A stretch of 64,000 nt of DNA from Tubulanus polymorphus (Eukaryota; Animalia; Nemertea), in NCBI RefSeq assembly GCF_964204645.1, contig NC_134032.1:12822275-12886274 (forward strand), in the 5' to 3' direction. A model generated the notes under the pieces. The model ran no database searches and had not been told where the DNA came from. It was given only the letters and a program-made list of their open reading frames with translations. Shown one piece after another: positions 1 to 12,748 of this stretch; positions within the stretch are counted from its first letter, which is position 1, and every line of letters begins with the position of its first letter. Both the position numbers and the translations under genes were made by a program.

Positions 1-2159
1 GTGTTGGCGCTACCACCGCGGGTGTCACGGGCGGCGTCACCGGCTGAGTTTCGACCGGTTTCATCGGCTCTGACTGAGGTTGCGGCTCAGCCGGCGCTGG
101 AGTGGGTGACTTCGTCGGAGTTTCCTCCGATGCCTCGTAGTTGGCGAACGCGGCGACGTCTGATTCATCATTGACGATGATACACAACAGCTGAAAAATA
201 AATTGCCCACGGGCAAAGTAGTTTACCTTGAACACTCGAGATGAGAAATCTCTTTAATGCCGAGTTCAAAGATCTATTTCATATTGCATTTTATCTTGAT
301 TAAGAATTATTATTTTGTAGTCAAATAAGGCCAAAAATATACATTTTATTTGTCAACGGTTCAGCAGAATTTTGGTTTAAATATTTCCACAAACATCACA
401 TGCTGCAGAAAGGGATGGATGAAAAGTGAGCTCAATAGCTAGCTGGGATTATTATCCCGAATAGGCTAAATAGTCGATTCGATGTTGATTAAAATGTAGC
501 AGAAATTCAAGCCCAGAACACGGGGCCTCACAAGCGGAATTCTCGCTTGCAGTAAGTGGAATCCTCTATTGGCGCAGAAGTTTGGTGTCCTACTACACAC
601 TAGCGACACCTGGTAGATTCAAGTGGAATCTTCTATTGCTGCTGCAGTTGATGACATACTGCACATCAGCACCTGGTGAATCCTCTATTGCCAGATGATG
701 TCCTACTGTACACTAGCGACACCTGGTGGAACTTCACTTGCCACAGTAGTTAGTATTGTCATACAGTGTTTTATATTACCTTGCCAATCGGAATATCTTT
801 CGTACCAGCGGCGACTAATACTTTTGCTAAAAAGCCTTCTTCGGGCGTTTCAAATCCCATTGTTGCTTTATCCGTTTCGATCTCCGCCAGTAAGTCACCT
901 TCTGAAAGCTGATCGCCCTCCTTCTTCTCCCAGCTAATGATCGTTCCCAATTCCATAGTTGGCGAAAGCGCGGGTAGCGTAATTTTGAAGTGGTCCGGTA
1001 AACTGCCATCTGAGTTAATAAATACAAAAAAATCATGTAAAAGTACACGTAGCCTGCAAATCATTAGAGTTATCAATCGGCAGCTTGGACCCCGATCCTT
1101 CAAATATTCAATACTTCATCAATATTCAATTTGTGACTGGACTTCACACATGTGTTCAGGACTTCACTCAAAACATTTTTAATGGTAAATGAACTACAAA
1201 CACCAGACCTTAGGCATTAAATGTCTAATGTCTGGTGCACCGGTACGTTCAAAACATGTGAAGTTCAAAACATGTGAAGTGTGGAGTGCGGATTGTCTGA
1301 AGCCGTGGTTCCAGGCTGCAGATAGCTGTGGTGGAATGTCTGAAGGGGTGCAGGTGTTAAATGTCTGATGTCTGGTGCACCGGTATGTTCAAAACATGTG
1401 AAGTGTGGAGTGCGGATCGTCTGAAGCTGTGGTTCAGCTGCGGATAGCTGTGGAATGTCTGAAGGGGAGGTTCCAAGGGGCCGATTGATTGTCTGAAGGG
1501 GTGCAGGTTCCAAGCTGCAGAATGTCTGAAGGATTGGTTCCACGCTACACGTTGATACCTGTTATTAGATTATTTTCTATTTTCAGTGTAATCTTGATTG
1601 ATACTTACTTGAATAATTTCTAGTAATTGTAAACCTATTGACGTTGAAATCACTTGTGTAAGCAGCCTTGGATTTTTTACAACAAACAGTGTACGGCCTG
1701 AAAATGCAATAAGAATAAAAATTTATAATTAGGCTGATGTCGAACAAAACCTGTGTTGAAATCCGTGGATTGTGCAGGGGGTAGGCCTACACCTAGGCTC
1801 TGAATTTCAGAGTAAAAGAAGGGTCAATTGTGTGGGCCAACTGGTCAAGGTCAGCCAGAGAATGGACATTGATTGAACATAGGTAATTTCATGGTTAACT
1901 AATCACACCAATTTATGAAGAACAGGGCAATTGCTGGGACAGATCTTTGATTTTGGATCCCAAGTTTTTCGTGACAGGCCCCTGGTGGTGGTGGTGACTG
2001 ATAGTGAACGAAGTCTTACCGGCTGAGGAAAGTTGTTCGTGCAGTCGCCGCCGCTGCGGGTGAAATAAACCGAGCAGGAACGAGATATCTCAATCCTCGC
2101 TGCATCACGTATTTCTGCAGCGTCAGATTATCTCGCAGAAAAACTACTGGACGATACAT
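1..2159 (-). CDS. DLAT: Dihydrolipoyllysine acetyltransferase (pyruvate dehydrogenase E2), 5' part; runs off the left edge
   Basis: Exons 2020-2159, 1609-1697, 780-1009 and <1-190 join in frame through GT-AG introns. They give a basic transit-peptide-like N-terminus ([10 protein letters not shown]...), a lipoyl domain ([13 protein letters not shown]...[25 protein letters not shown]...IPIGKLLCIIV) and a Pro/Ala/Thr-rich linker. Confidence 0.92.
555..730. repeat. Degenerate short tandem repeat in a DLAT intron
   Basis: About 3 copies of gtggaatcctctattg...ctacac..gcgacacctggt. Confidence 0.6.
1218..1540. repeat. Degenerate tandem repeats in a DLAT intron
   Basis: Duplicated ttaaatgtct..tgtctggtgcaccggta..ttcaaaacatgtgaagtgtggagtgcgg block plus repeated tgtctgaagggg units. 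Confidence 0.65.
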
Positions 2160-2892
2160 GATAGCGTTCTGAGAGAGATAATCCGATAGATAATCGGTCA
2201 AAAACACCAGCGATAATCTACCAGGCGTGAAACGAGATCAGCAGCATCGACCGTGAGAGGCACCGAGTAGCAATGTCAAATCAGAAGAAATTGATAACCC
2301 GACAATATACTGTGCGAGAAACGTCGCACTAGAGTAGGGTGCGCACTGAGGAATGACCAAGCCGGTCTCCCTCCGGCGGGCCGTCCATAGCCGAGTTTCG
2401 CAGCCGCCGGCTTCGCTGAACGTGGGTGGGCTCGATCGGCATGGCAGAATGGAAATGAAAATATTTTGCTAAATAAATCGCCCAACACACCACCGCCCCA
2501 GTGGTGCCGTGCCCGCCGGTCCAATCACTAACTTAAAAAAGTATTACAGAGAAAAATGTTCTCGAGTGCTCTGTAATAACTTAAAGACTCGAATCAAAAT
2601 TGATACTTGTGAACTGGGGCAGGCTCATTTCTGTTCGAATATTGATGTGACGTTTCGTGTACCTTATTGGTACGAGTTCTTACTTTAACGCTGATCGGCA
2701 GCGCTACCGGGTCTATATGCGCCGAAACACGGATATCCACAGTAGAACGCGTAACAACAACTTTGTTTATAAATGGCGGCCGACTGAGGTGCTTTTGCGA
2801 GAATCGTGACTTCCTAATAAGCTCAGCTAACAGGGGAAGCCGCAAGTTACATATTTCGAAGGTCAAGAGTAGCAGCAGAACATTTCGAGAAA
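2160..2892. promoter_or_regulatory. Probable bidirectional promoter/5'UTR region between divergent DLAT and MORN2
   Basis: The start codons are ~730 bp apart, head to head, and the region is locally CpG-rich. Promoter function is inferred. Confidence 0.55.
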
Positions 2893-4697
<1,805 letters not shown>

Positions 4698-5467
4698 AAC
4701 TATCTCTACCATGATTGAGAATGTGACACTTGTTCAAAATTTCAATCGAATCGCATCGCATAGTGCGTATATGTAAATGCTGTATTACTAAATATTTATC
4801 CATTTTCTTTATCAACGTATACTATTAATTCCTTTGTTTTCTGACATTAATAAATTGTTAATAGAATACTAGGTTTTGAATGTGCTCTTGCTTCGTGTTT
4901 ATTGATTTTCTTGGCGATGAAGACGTTGTATATATATCTTCAAATACCAAGCGATCGCGAGATAGACAAAGATTGATTACTATTAAAAATCATTTGAGCT
5001 AAAATCAGTTCGGTAGGATCGGCTCTACCCGAGCCCGACCTACTTACAGATACGAGTCTATACATCTGAGCGTACGTCATCATTATCGTAGCCAATACGA
5101 CCGTTAAACAAGGCAAAAAAGCGAACGAATAGTGCCAGCTAATGACGTGTTTGTCAGGTAATTCGCATGGGTAGACAAACTCCGGTTGTACCATAAAAAA
5201 TGTCTCCGAAGTGCGAAACACAATGATGATAATGATAAAACTGAAGCGGAACTTATAACGACCCAACATTATGTAGCAAATTCCGATAACGTATTTTGGA
5301 GTAATAATTAAACTTTCAGAAAAGGGTTTGACGATATTTGCATATCTCGGTGTTATGATTAAGAGAAAAGTTAAGGAACCTTCGCACGAAACGGTGACAG
5401 TAACCCCATCTAGACGGTATAATTAGCTATCCGTCCATGTTTCAGAATTCAGAAAATAAACGCCTTT

Positions 5468-5638
5468 AGGAGAGAATCCCACAATTATAACGAAAAAGTC
5501 CGAAAATGAAACTTCGAGATAGTAGTTTATTTCAACGTTTCGACTATATCCTAATAGTCATCTTCAGGAATAATAATCGGTATAATTTTTATTATTTATT
5601 ATAATTATCTTTTTATTATCATTGTGGGATTCTCTCCT
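5468..5638. mobile_element. Inverted-repeat element containing a hammerhead-like motif; partial second copy at ~7107-7180
   Basis: Perfect 18-bp inverted repeat aggagagaatcccacaat / attgtgggattctctcct. The internal sequence matches 7107-7180 in the opposite orientation. Confidence 0.55.
5527..5573 (-). ncRNA. Minimal type I hammerhead ribozyme-like motif
   Basis: Minus strand reads ttattc-CUGAAGA-u-GACUAU-uaggau-AUAGUC-GAAAC-GUU-gaaauaa. Confidence 0.5.
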
Positions 5639-6466
5639 CATCGCGTCAACACGGATATAGTGTTCTACCAATCGTGATAAACGCCTTTAAACTGGCAACC
5701 GAGGATCATACGATGCCCACGACGGGAGGGTGGTTTGATGTGTTTACAAGCTGTCATTTTCAAAATCTATAACATTCGAAAGCGCTGTCAATCGTGGTCG
5801 TTGTCGTTGTATGTGATTTTCATTGCAGCGCTAATGATCGGCACTGTTTGCCAAATGAATACATGACGAACAAACAATGACGTCACGTACGATACCCCTA
5901 TGATAAGATAAGATAAGATATTTATTTCACTCTAACCATAAGAATGGTACGTGGAGGCAAGATTGAATACAAAGTATGAAATATAAAAATGTACAAAACA
6001 TGAACATAATTATATACATATATACATACAGACAAAACAAAATAGGAATTAACAAAATTTAAAATCAAATTTTCAGTAAACCTATATCATACGATAAATG
6101 CGCCACCTATGATAAACATTTGCGTCTAGACTCATCGGCAAACAAAAACTTTCGAGATTTATAATCGACTTATGAACCATATACTGCTATCCGCGCTGAG
6201 ACTGTAACACTCGTACTGCTCATAAAGCCAGTAGATGGAATTCCTAGGAAAAACGTTTTCCCCTATATCCTTTATACCGTACATTTTCGTTGGAAGACCA
6301 CAGAATCCAGCGATGTTAATGTACGTAGTAGCAGAAATTTGTCTTATTTATTATACCGATATACGAATTACAAGTCTACGATATATTCATGCTCGTTACA
6401 ATGTAGGAATCTTGCGAATGATCATGCAAATACACTGAAAAAAACTCTGTAAAACACTGTACAAAT

Positions 6467-6509
6467 CACCCGATTGGGTAGATAGTATTTCGCTCTACCC
6501 AATCGGGTG
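6467..6509. repeat. Perfect 16-bp inverted repeat (hairpin)
   Basis: cacccgattgggtaga / tctacccaatcgggtg with an 11-nt spacer. Confidence 0.7.
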
Positions 6510-6663
6510 TACAAATAGAACCTGGCAACGATAGCTTACCCGCCTTCGGTGCCTTTTCGACACTACGGAAACGAGGACATAGAAATAAGATCCACTATCT
6601 ACAAATTAAAAGAATCTTAAAACAAGAAATTCCTTTATTCGAACAATCTAAAACATATAAAAT

Positions 6664-6705
6664 ACACGACGTTTCGATCTCACCCTAGAGATCATCGTCA
6701 GGTGT
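6664..6705 (-). ncRNA. Minimal type I hammerhead ribozyme motif (Penelope-like-element type)
   Basis: Minus strand reads ACAC-CUGACGA-u-GAUCUC-uagggu-GAGAUC-GAAAC-GUC-GUGU: core boxes, 6-bp stem II, 4-bp stem I, palindromic ACGU stem III and a GUC cleavage triplet. Confidence 0.65.
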
Positions 6706-9700
6706 CAAAAAATGTAGAGAGAATCCCTCGAGGACATAGAAATTCTGCCAGCAGCATGCATTGAGAAAATCACCCAGACTTCACCCATCAGTTGGGTTCA
6801 GATCAGATGGGTTCTATCTGAGGGGTTGGGAAAAGACACTTCGTGCATAGATGCCACCAGATTCCAGGTTCCACAAGAATCACCAGATTCGATAATATGC
6901 GGATCACAACTTTGACTGACGCGTAATATATACCTACCTCTTTCGGAAATTCGAAATACTGACAAACAAGAAGATTTTCAAGCCTTTTTAAAAACGAATA
7001 CACTCTTTGTAATTATTTACGTCTTTATCAAATGTGTTCCAAAACTTGGATAATATAATTTTAATATTCTGATATTTTTTTCATCACGATCTTTTTCATC
7101 GAAGATAGTCGAAACGTCGAATAAACTACTAGCTCCAGTAACAAACTCGGACTGATTTTCGTTATTATTAGGGGATCTCTATACATTTTTTTTCAGGGAC
7201 TGCAGTAATGAAACGATGTAGGCCAAATTGATGTTGACTTTGTTGAGTTCGCCTGTCAAGAAGAGCCGCCTTTTTTCATTGTATTTGTTCTTAAATGTAT
7301 TGACTTTGGTCAAATATGAAGAGCCGTTATATATCATATATACCCGTTTTATAGAGTGCACGAACTTTTTTTGGATTCGACCAAGTCCGAACAACCACTA
7401 GCCGGTTTTTACATTTAATTAAAAAGAAATCCGGTTGGCTGCTCTTTCATGTTATGGAGCCATTATTTGAAACGGTTCACGGGAATCTTCATTCATTCTC
7501 GGCGATACCTCTCTACCTAACAGCATTTTCAAACAACGAACTGTAACGGTCAATAATAACACGCAGTACCTGGTCGTTCAATTTCATGAATTATGAATAT
7601 ATACTTTTGTTTGGTTTTGGCGGAAGTGTGCGTTTCCATTGGAACCGACGCACTACGTACGTATGAGCACAGCTAATAAGTGTACTTGCGCACTGTGACT
7701 GGTCGTTGGTTGTCGTGCGGTTCAAGTTTTGATTTGGAGCGCTCGAAAAGGGCGAAAATGTATTCGAACTACAAAAAGCAAAACAGCGAGGTGAGCTAGT
7801 CGAATTTACAACATGGGAATCTGTACAAAATACTCGTAAATAAATGCTAACTATTTCTACTGATGTAATAAAATTTGCCGCCGCAAAAGAAAAGAACCAC
7901 AGGTCGGCATAGAATGAGAGACGAGCTATTCCAATTCAAAACAACATTTATTTGTCAATCAATCAAGATTGCGCAAACTAAGAACTCTAAATGCAAGACG
8001 ATTCGATCTCACAAATCACAACTGAAATTATTTCAAGCGTAATGGGCCATCGTTACCACTAACTGTGGCAAGTGATGATCCGCCAGGTTCGCTAGTAGTT
8101 ACTCGATCATTTGCATTCGCTTTCATTCACATCTAAATCGAATCCAATTTTCATTTTCTCTGAATTCAATCAATTTTCAATGAACACCGGACTAGAAACG
8201 TCAATCATATATCTTTACGACCACGCGTTTGATACTAATTTGCATTTAGGAATCGAACTGAAGTTTGTTTTCTCTTAGAAAATTTCGTCTACTTCTTGTA
8301 ATCTTTTGCGAATACGTTTGAAATGTATAAATTTTAAAATTAAAACATTTTAAGTATGCGTAGCAGAATTTTCTTTTTTATCAACTACTTCGTTATCGGG
8401 CAGTTACGGTGAATGACTTTTTAAAATCTTATTTGAAAATATTTTAGTTCTTTTTTCCTGCAAGTTCTTGTTCGTTTTACTTGATATCGACTCTTTTAAG
8501 TAAAGCAGCGTTTTAATCGGAAGCTACCGAAAAGCTACCAAATATACAGGGCACTAGTACTAAGTTATTCCTGGTTATTGCCGACTTGAAAAAATACGTC
8601 GAAATTATTCATAATTCATTAAGAGGTAGATGAAAAACCAGTTTGCAAAATGATTGTAAGGATCAGTGGCTTGCAATCCCATATATAGTATTGTGGCGAA
8701 CCTCTGACACACGCCACTGGACTCTTATTAATTGGTGTTTCTACCTATACAATACACAATACTGAAATATTTATTTTTCTGCTCGCAAGGTATGCACTAG
8801 GCCAGGCACATTAGCCAGCTATAAATACCACGATTTGCTTCGTTCTACGCGCGAAGTGTCCGCATTTAGCTCCACTGGTAACACGATATATGTCGGATAA
8901 ACCCGTAACAGCCCCTGCACATCAAACGTCTATATTAATGAATATTATAACGGAGAATTTTTAATATCTCGAGGTGTAAACATATATAAGAATGCCATGT
9001 TGGATCAATCAATGTCCTTTGTTCCCGATGTCTGGCAATCTAAGGTTTGCCCGACGGTCTGGTGAAAAGTAACCGAGATTCCGTCGTGAGAACCTGAATT
9101 ATCGAGAAACCACGCATATATATATAACCGGCACAATTCTAATGCCCTTTTCAAATAATAAACACAGCTTGACGTAATGTAATAAGAAAACATCTTTTTT
9201 TATGTAACATTTACAACGATTCGTTTGTCTATTAATCGAATGCAATATGAAAAAGGTGATGTGATTTCGCAGCAGGGAGTTCGAGATATTTCTTCTATTC
9301 AACGCCAAAACCGTCTATCGAAATAAAAGCTTGTGTAATACCTTCTTGTCTAGATCGGTGAAGGTATTCAATTTCTCGTTTGACGAAGACTAGTGTCTTG
9401 ATTGTTTAAACTTCTCCGGCGTTACGCCATTCAAGAGACTTCTATTTAGGAGAGTGCTTTGTATTTTATCATTTTTTATCAAATCGCAATGATTTATAAT
9501 GTTCAAATATATATTGATTGAATGACCTGAATGAATTCGTTGAAATATATTCAAGTACGGTAAAAGTAATCGATTAATACATGATTATCATAGTAATTAA
9601 CGATAGATGTATTTAAGAGACTTTATAGTGATAATGATATCTTGATTATGAATAATCTTGAATGAATCGTAAAATTTGCGTTGATATAATATGATAATTA

Positions 9701-10038
9701 ATTCGTGCCCGATTCCAAGCTATGCTACGGATATGTAATATGTGAAAACGGATGCGGTTGTAAGTAGATCATCTTGTCATTTCGCTTCCCGCTGATGTTC
9801 TCATCTCGATTTGATTATACACTAGACAGTATTGGAAGATGATCCAGGGTAATTTCGCCAAATATGTGAAACATTGTATCGCAAGTGTGAAACCAATACT
9901 GGGGTCTACCGAGTAATTAGGAATATTTCATGGCATTAAGGCTTTTAGAGACTTATCAGTTAGTGAAATGTGCGGTCAAAATTATCGCCAGTGAAATTTC
10001 GAAGGGAACTTGGTTATTCTATACTATTTTGGACAATA

Positions 10039-10299
10039 CAGGGTGGATCCAAGAGGGGGGAGGGGTGGTGGGGGGGTTTGACTCCCGCTGTTCCGTGTTC
10101 GAAAATTTTCTGATGTAAATGAGATGAAACTAAGCACAATTCAAATCTTTATCGATTTCTGTCACAGCGGCTGCCAGAAATTACTGTGGGTAATGCGCAT
10201 ATCTTTATGAATGCATTTTTTATTGATATACAAAAGAAATGATATCTGGGAAAACATTTCGCTTGAACCCCTCTGCTCGAATTTCTGGATCCGCCCCTG
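10039..10299. mobile_element. MITE-like element with G-rich termini
   Basis: Imperfect terminal inverted repeats cagggtggatcca... / ...tggatccgcccctg. Confidence 0.5.
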
Positions 10300-12748
10300 G
10301 CAATACCACGGCTGGCCTGGATCCGCGCCGGCATTCTCATTCTCTTAGGATCGGCCCAATCGAATCACCATCGATTGATTCAGGTGATTAGTCGACACCG
10401 AAAGATCGATGACCGCGAAATTGATGGCGCATAATTGGGACCCGAAATCATTATACACACACGACGTACCCGTGCATGTACTAGTTTAAGGCTAAAGAAA
10501 ATTGATACATTGTTTCTCCTGATCGGACGGATCACTTTTATAAACCGCAATGAAATTTGTAATCAGTTCATTTCTATATAACTGCCGGGTCTGTTATTGT
10601 ACTTAGCCTGATCGTGATTTTAAAGAAAGTGATGTACGTGGTAGATAGGCGATCGGCCGCCGGGTCATCTTGGCAGAAATGATAAACAAGGTATGAACGC
10701 CTTCAGCCTTAAGTCGTAAATATTGAAATTCGTTATCCACCGCGTATTTACGTATAAACATTGTGTATACCTATTGTGAGGAATTTTCTCATTTGCTCCG
10801 ACCGCGCAGACTCTATATTCGTCTGCCAGCAGCCACACTTTCCTTATTACACTTCGACGTGTCGGAAGTTGTTTTCGCGCTGCAGTCGACCTCAAGGTAT
10901 GAATTTTCGATTTCCTCCCGATCGTTTTAAATTTCAAATATATAAGTTGCACTTCGTAATTAGGGTTAATAATGGCTAATGCATTGCGGATTAAACATGT
11001 CTTAATTTTCGAATGTCAATAGTTGAGCTAATAATGGCTAATGCATTGTAAATTAAATCTAAGTGCTCTGCAATTTTGTGTGAAAAATCTTAATGTTATC
11101 TTCAGTTGTCCTGTAGAGATTTATTGCAGGCTCTCGCCTACTTTTACCCGAGGTGAAATATTCAAAATGTTCATCCCGAGATTTGTTCGTGTGTTCGTAA
11201 TGAGTACATCACATTGATTCGCGATCGGATATTTTTTGCTCATCCGAGTTGATAGTGCTACATCGAGATAAATATCGAGATAAATATTGAGATAAATCGA
11301 GATGCGCTTTTTTCACGAGAACCGGACTTTTTGCTTTTTTTAGTAAAGGTGGTAAAATAAATTCGGGCGTTATTTTTTCATCTAGACGAAAACCGGAATT
11401 ATGCTAATAGTGCTTTTAATTTACGTGGTAAAAAGAATTAGGCCATATTCATTAGACGAGCCGTTCTTAAACAAGAAACGCAATTTTTGCTGTTGGTGCT
11501 TTTGCTTTTGGAAAAAGAAACCGGTCGTATTCGTTGAGAGTAGGTTCTTTTATCATTTATACGTAAGTTCCGCGGACACTTGCGCGTTAAGTATAGATCG
11601 GAAACTCCTCAAACTAAATGTATATTACCTGAGAACTGTGTAGCTCTGTAAACGCGTATTTTTCTAAGCGTCTGCAAACGAAGTTGCTAAAAATATACGT
11701 ACAACATAAGCTTACATAAGCGACGTTACTGGAATATAGCTACCAATAACTTGCGCATTATTTTTATATACATGTAACTCTAGCTTTACATCGATCGAGA
11801 ACCGTGTAGGAATTTTTTTTATCATTAACTGGGGTTAAGGTCATAGTTTTGAAGGCCACGCAGGCGCCAGTGCAGTTCTTTGATGATCGCCTTAAATCTA
11901 GTACTTAATTACATCCAATGAAAATATACATAGGGTAACATATAATCATATCATTGGAATAAGATAGATTGAAATCACTTTTCAAAATCATGCGTACATT
12001 AAGACAAATTTCAATTCTAAAAATATAATTACCTACATTTTATTCATTAAATCTACATGGATTTAGTTTAGTTTTTCAAGTTCCTAGAATAGAGAACCTA
12101 AGAATTTGATTGAGTAAATGACTGGCAAACCTGGGTTTAGGCCTACGTTATCATTCCAAAATAACGAAAGGAAGTAAGTTCTCAATGTTCGACCTGTGGT
12201 TGCGTCTGTTTGATGGTAACTACTCGTAAAGGTAGGTATCGATAGAGCTAAAACATCATTAATTACCTAACTTCACACATGATTAACGCACGATCGTAAA
12301 TATGGCCTCGATTCGTTTGCAATTATTAATCATAACTCTTGACTACGAGTCATTTGTATTTTGATATTTTGTCGTGTATTTTACCCTGTCTTGTCAGGAT
12401 CACTAGTCCCTCTAATTCAATGGCCAATTTTAGAAAAACAATCAACTCCTTCAAATCTGTTTGATATAAACGGAATCAACGAAGAAATCAAATCGATCGA
12501 AGAGTTTAAACCTTCTTCATAATCGCTGGTTCTGTGAATTCGTTTCGTTAGTTTGAATCCTGTTGGGCGACAGTGTTTCCCGGTCTTCCAAGGTTCTTTC
12601 TCGGCCTGTCATCTATCGATACGATAAAAAAGAAACCCCTTCTAACCTTCCCTAACAGACCGTTTAGATCTATCTGTGTTTACACAGTTAAGATGACTTT
12701 AGTAGTCGGTATAATGTAAGCTCGTTATCTTGTGCACAGGAGGTAGGC

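Noticed and set aside
10750-11152. Upstream exons adding an N-terminal targeting peptide to the six-domain kinase
   Set aside because: The candidate exon 11106-11152 has an in-frame TAG. It is at most 5'UTR and cannot be confirmed without RNA data.
4940-11643. Short ORFs in the intergenic region from the ORF track
   Set aside because: No recognisable domains or consistent splice structure; many use non-ATG starts.
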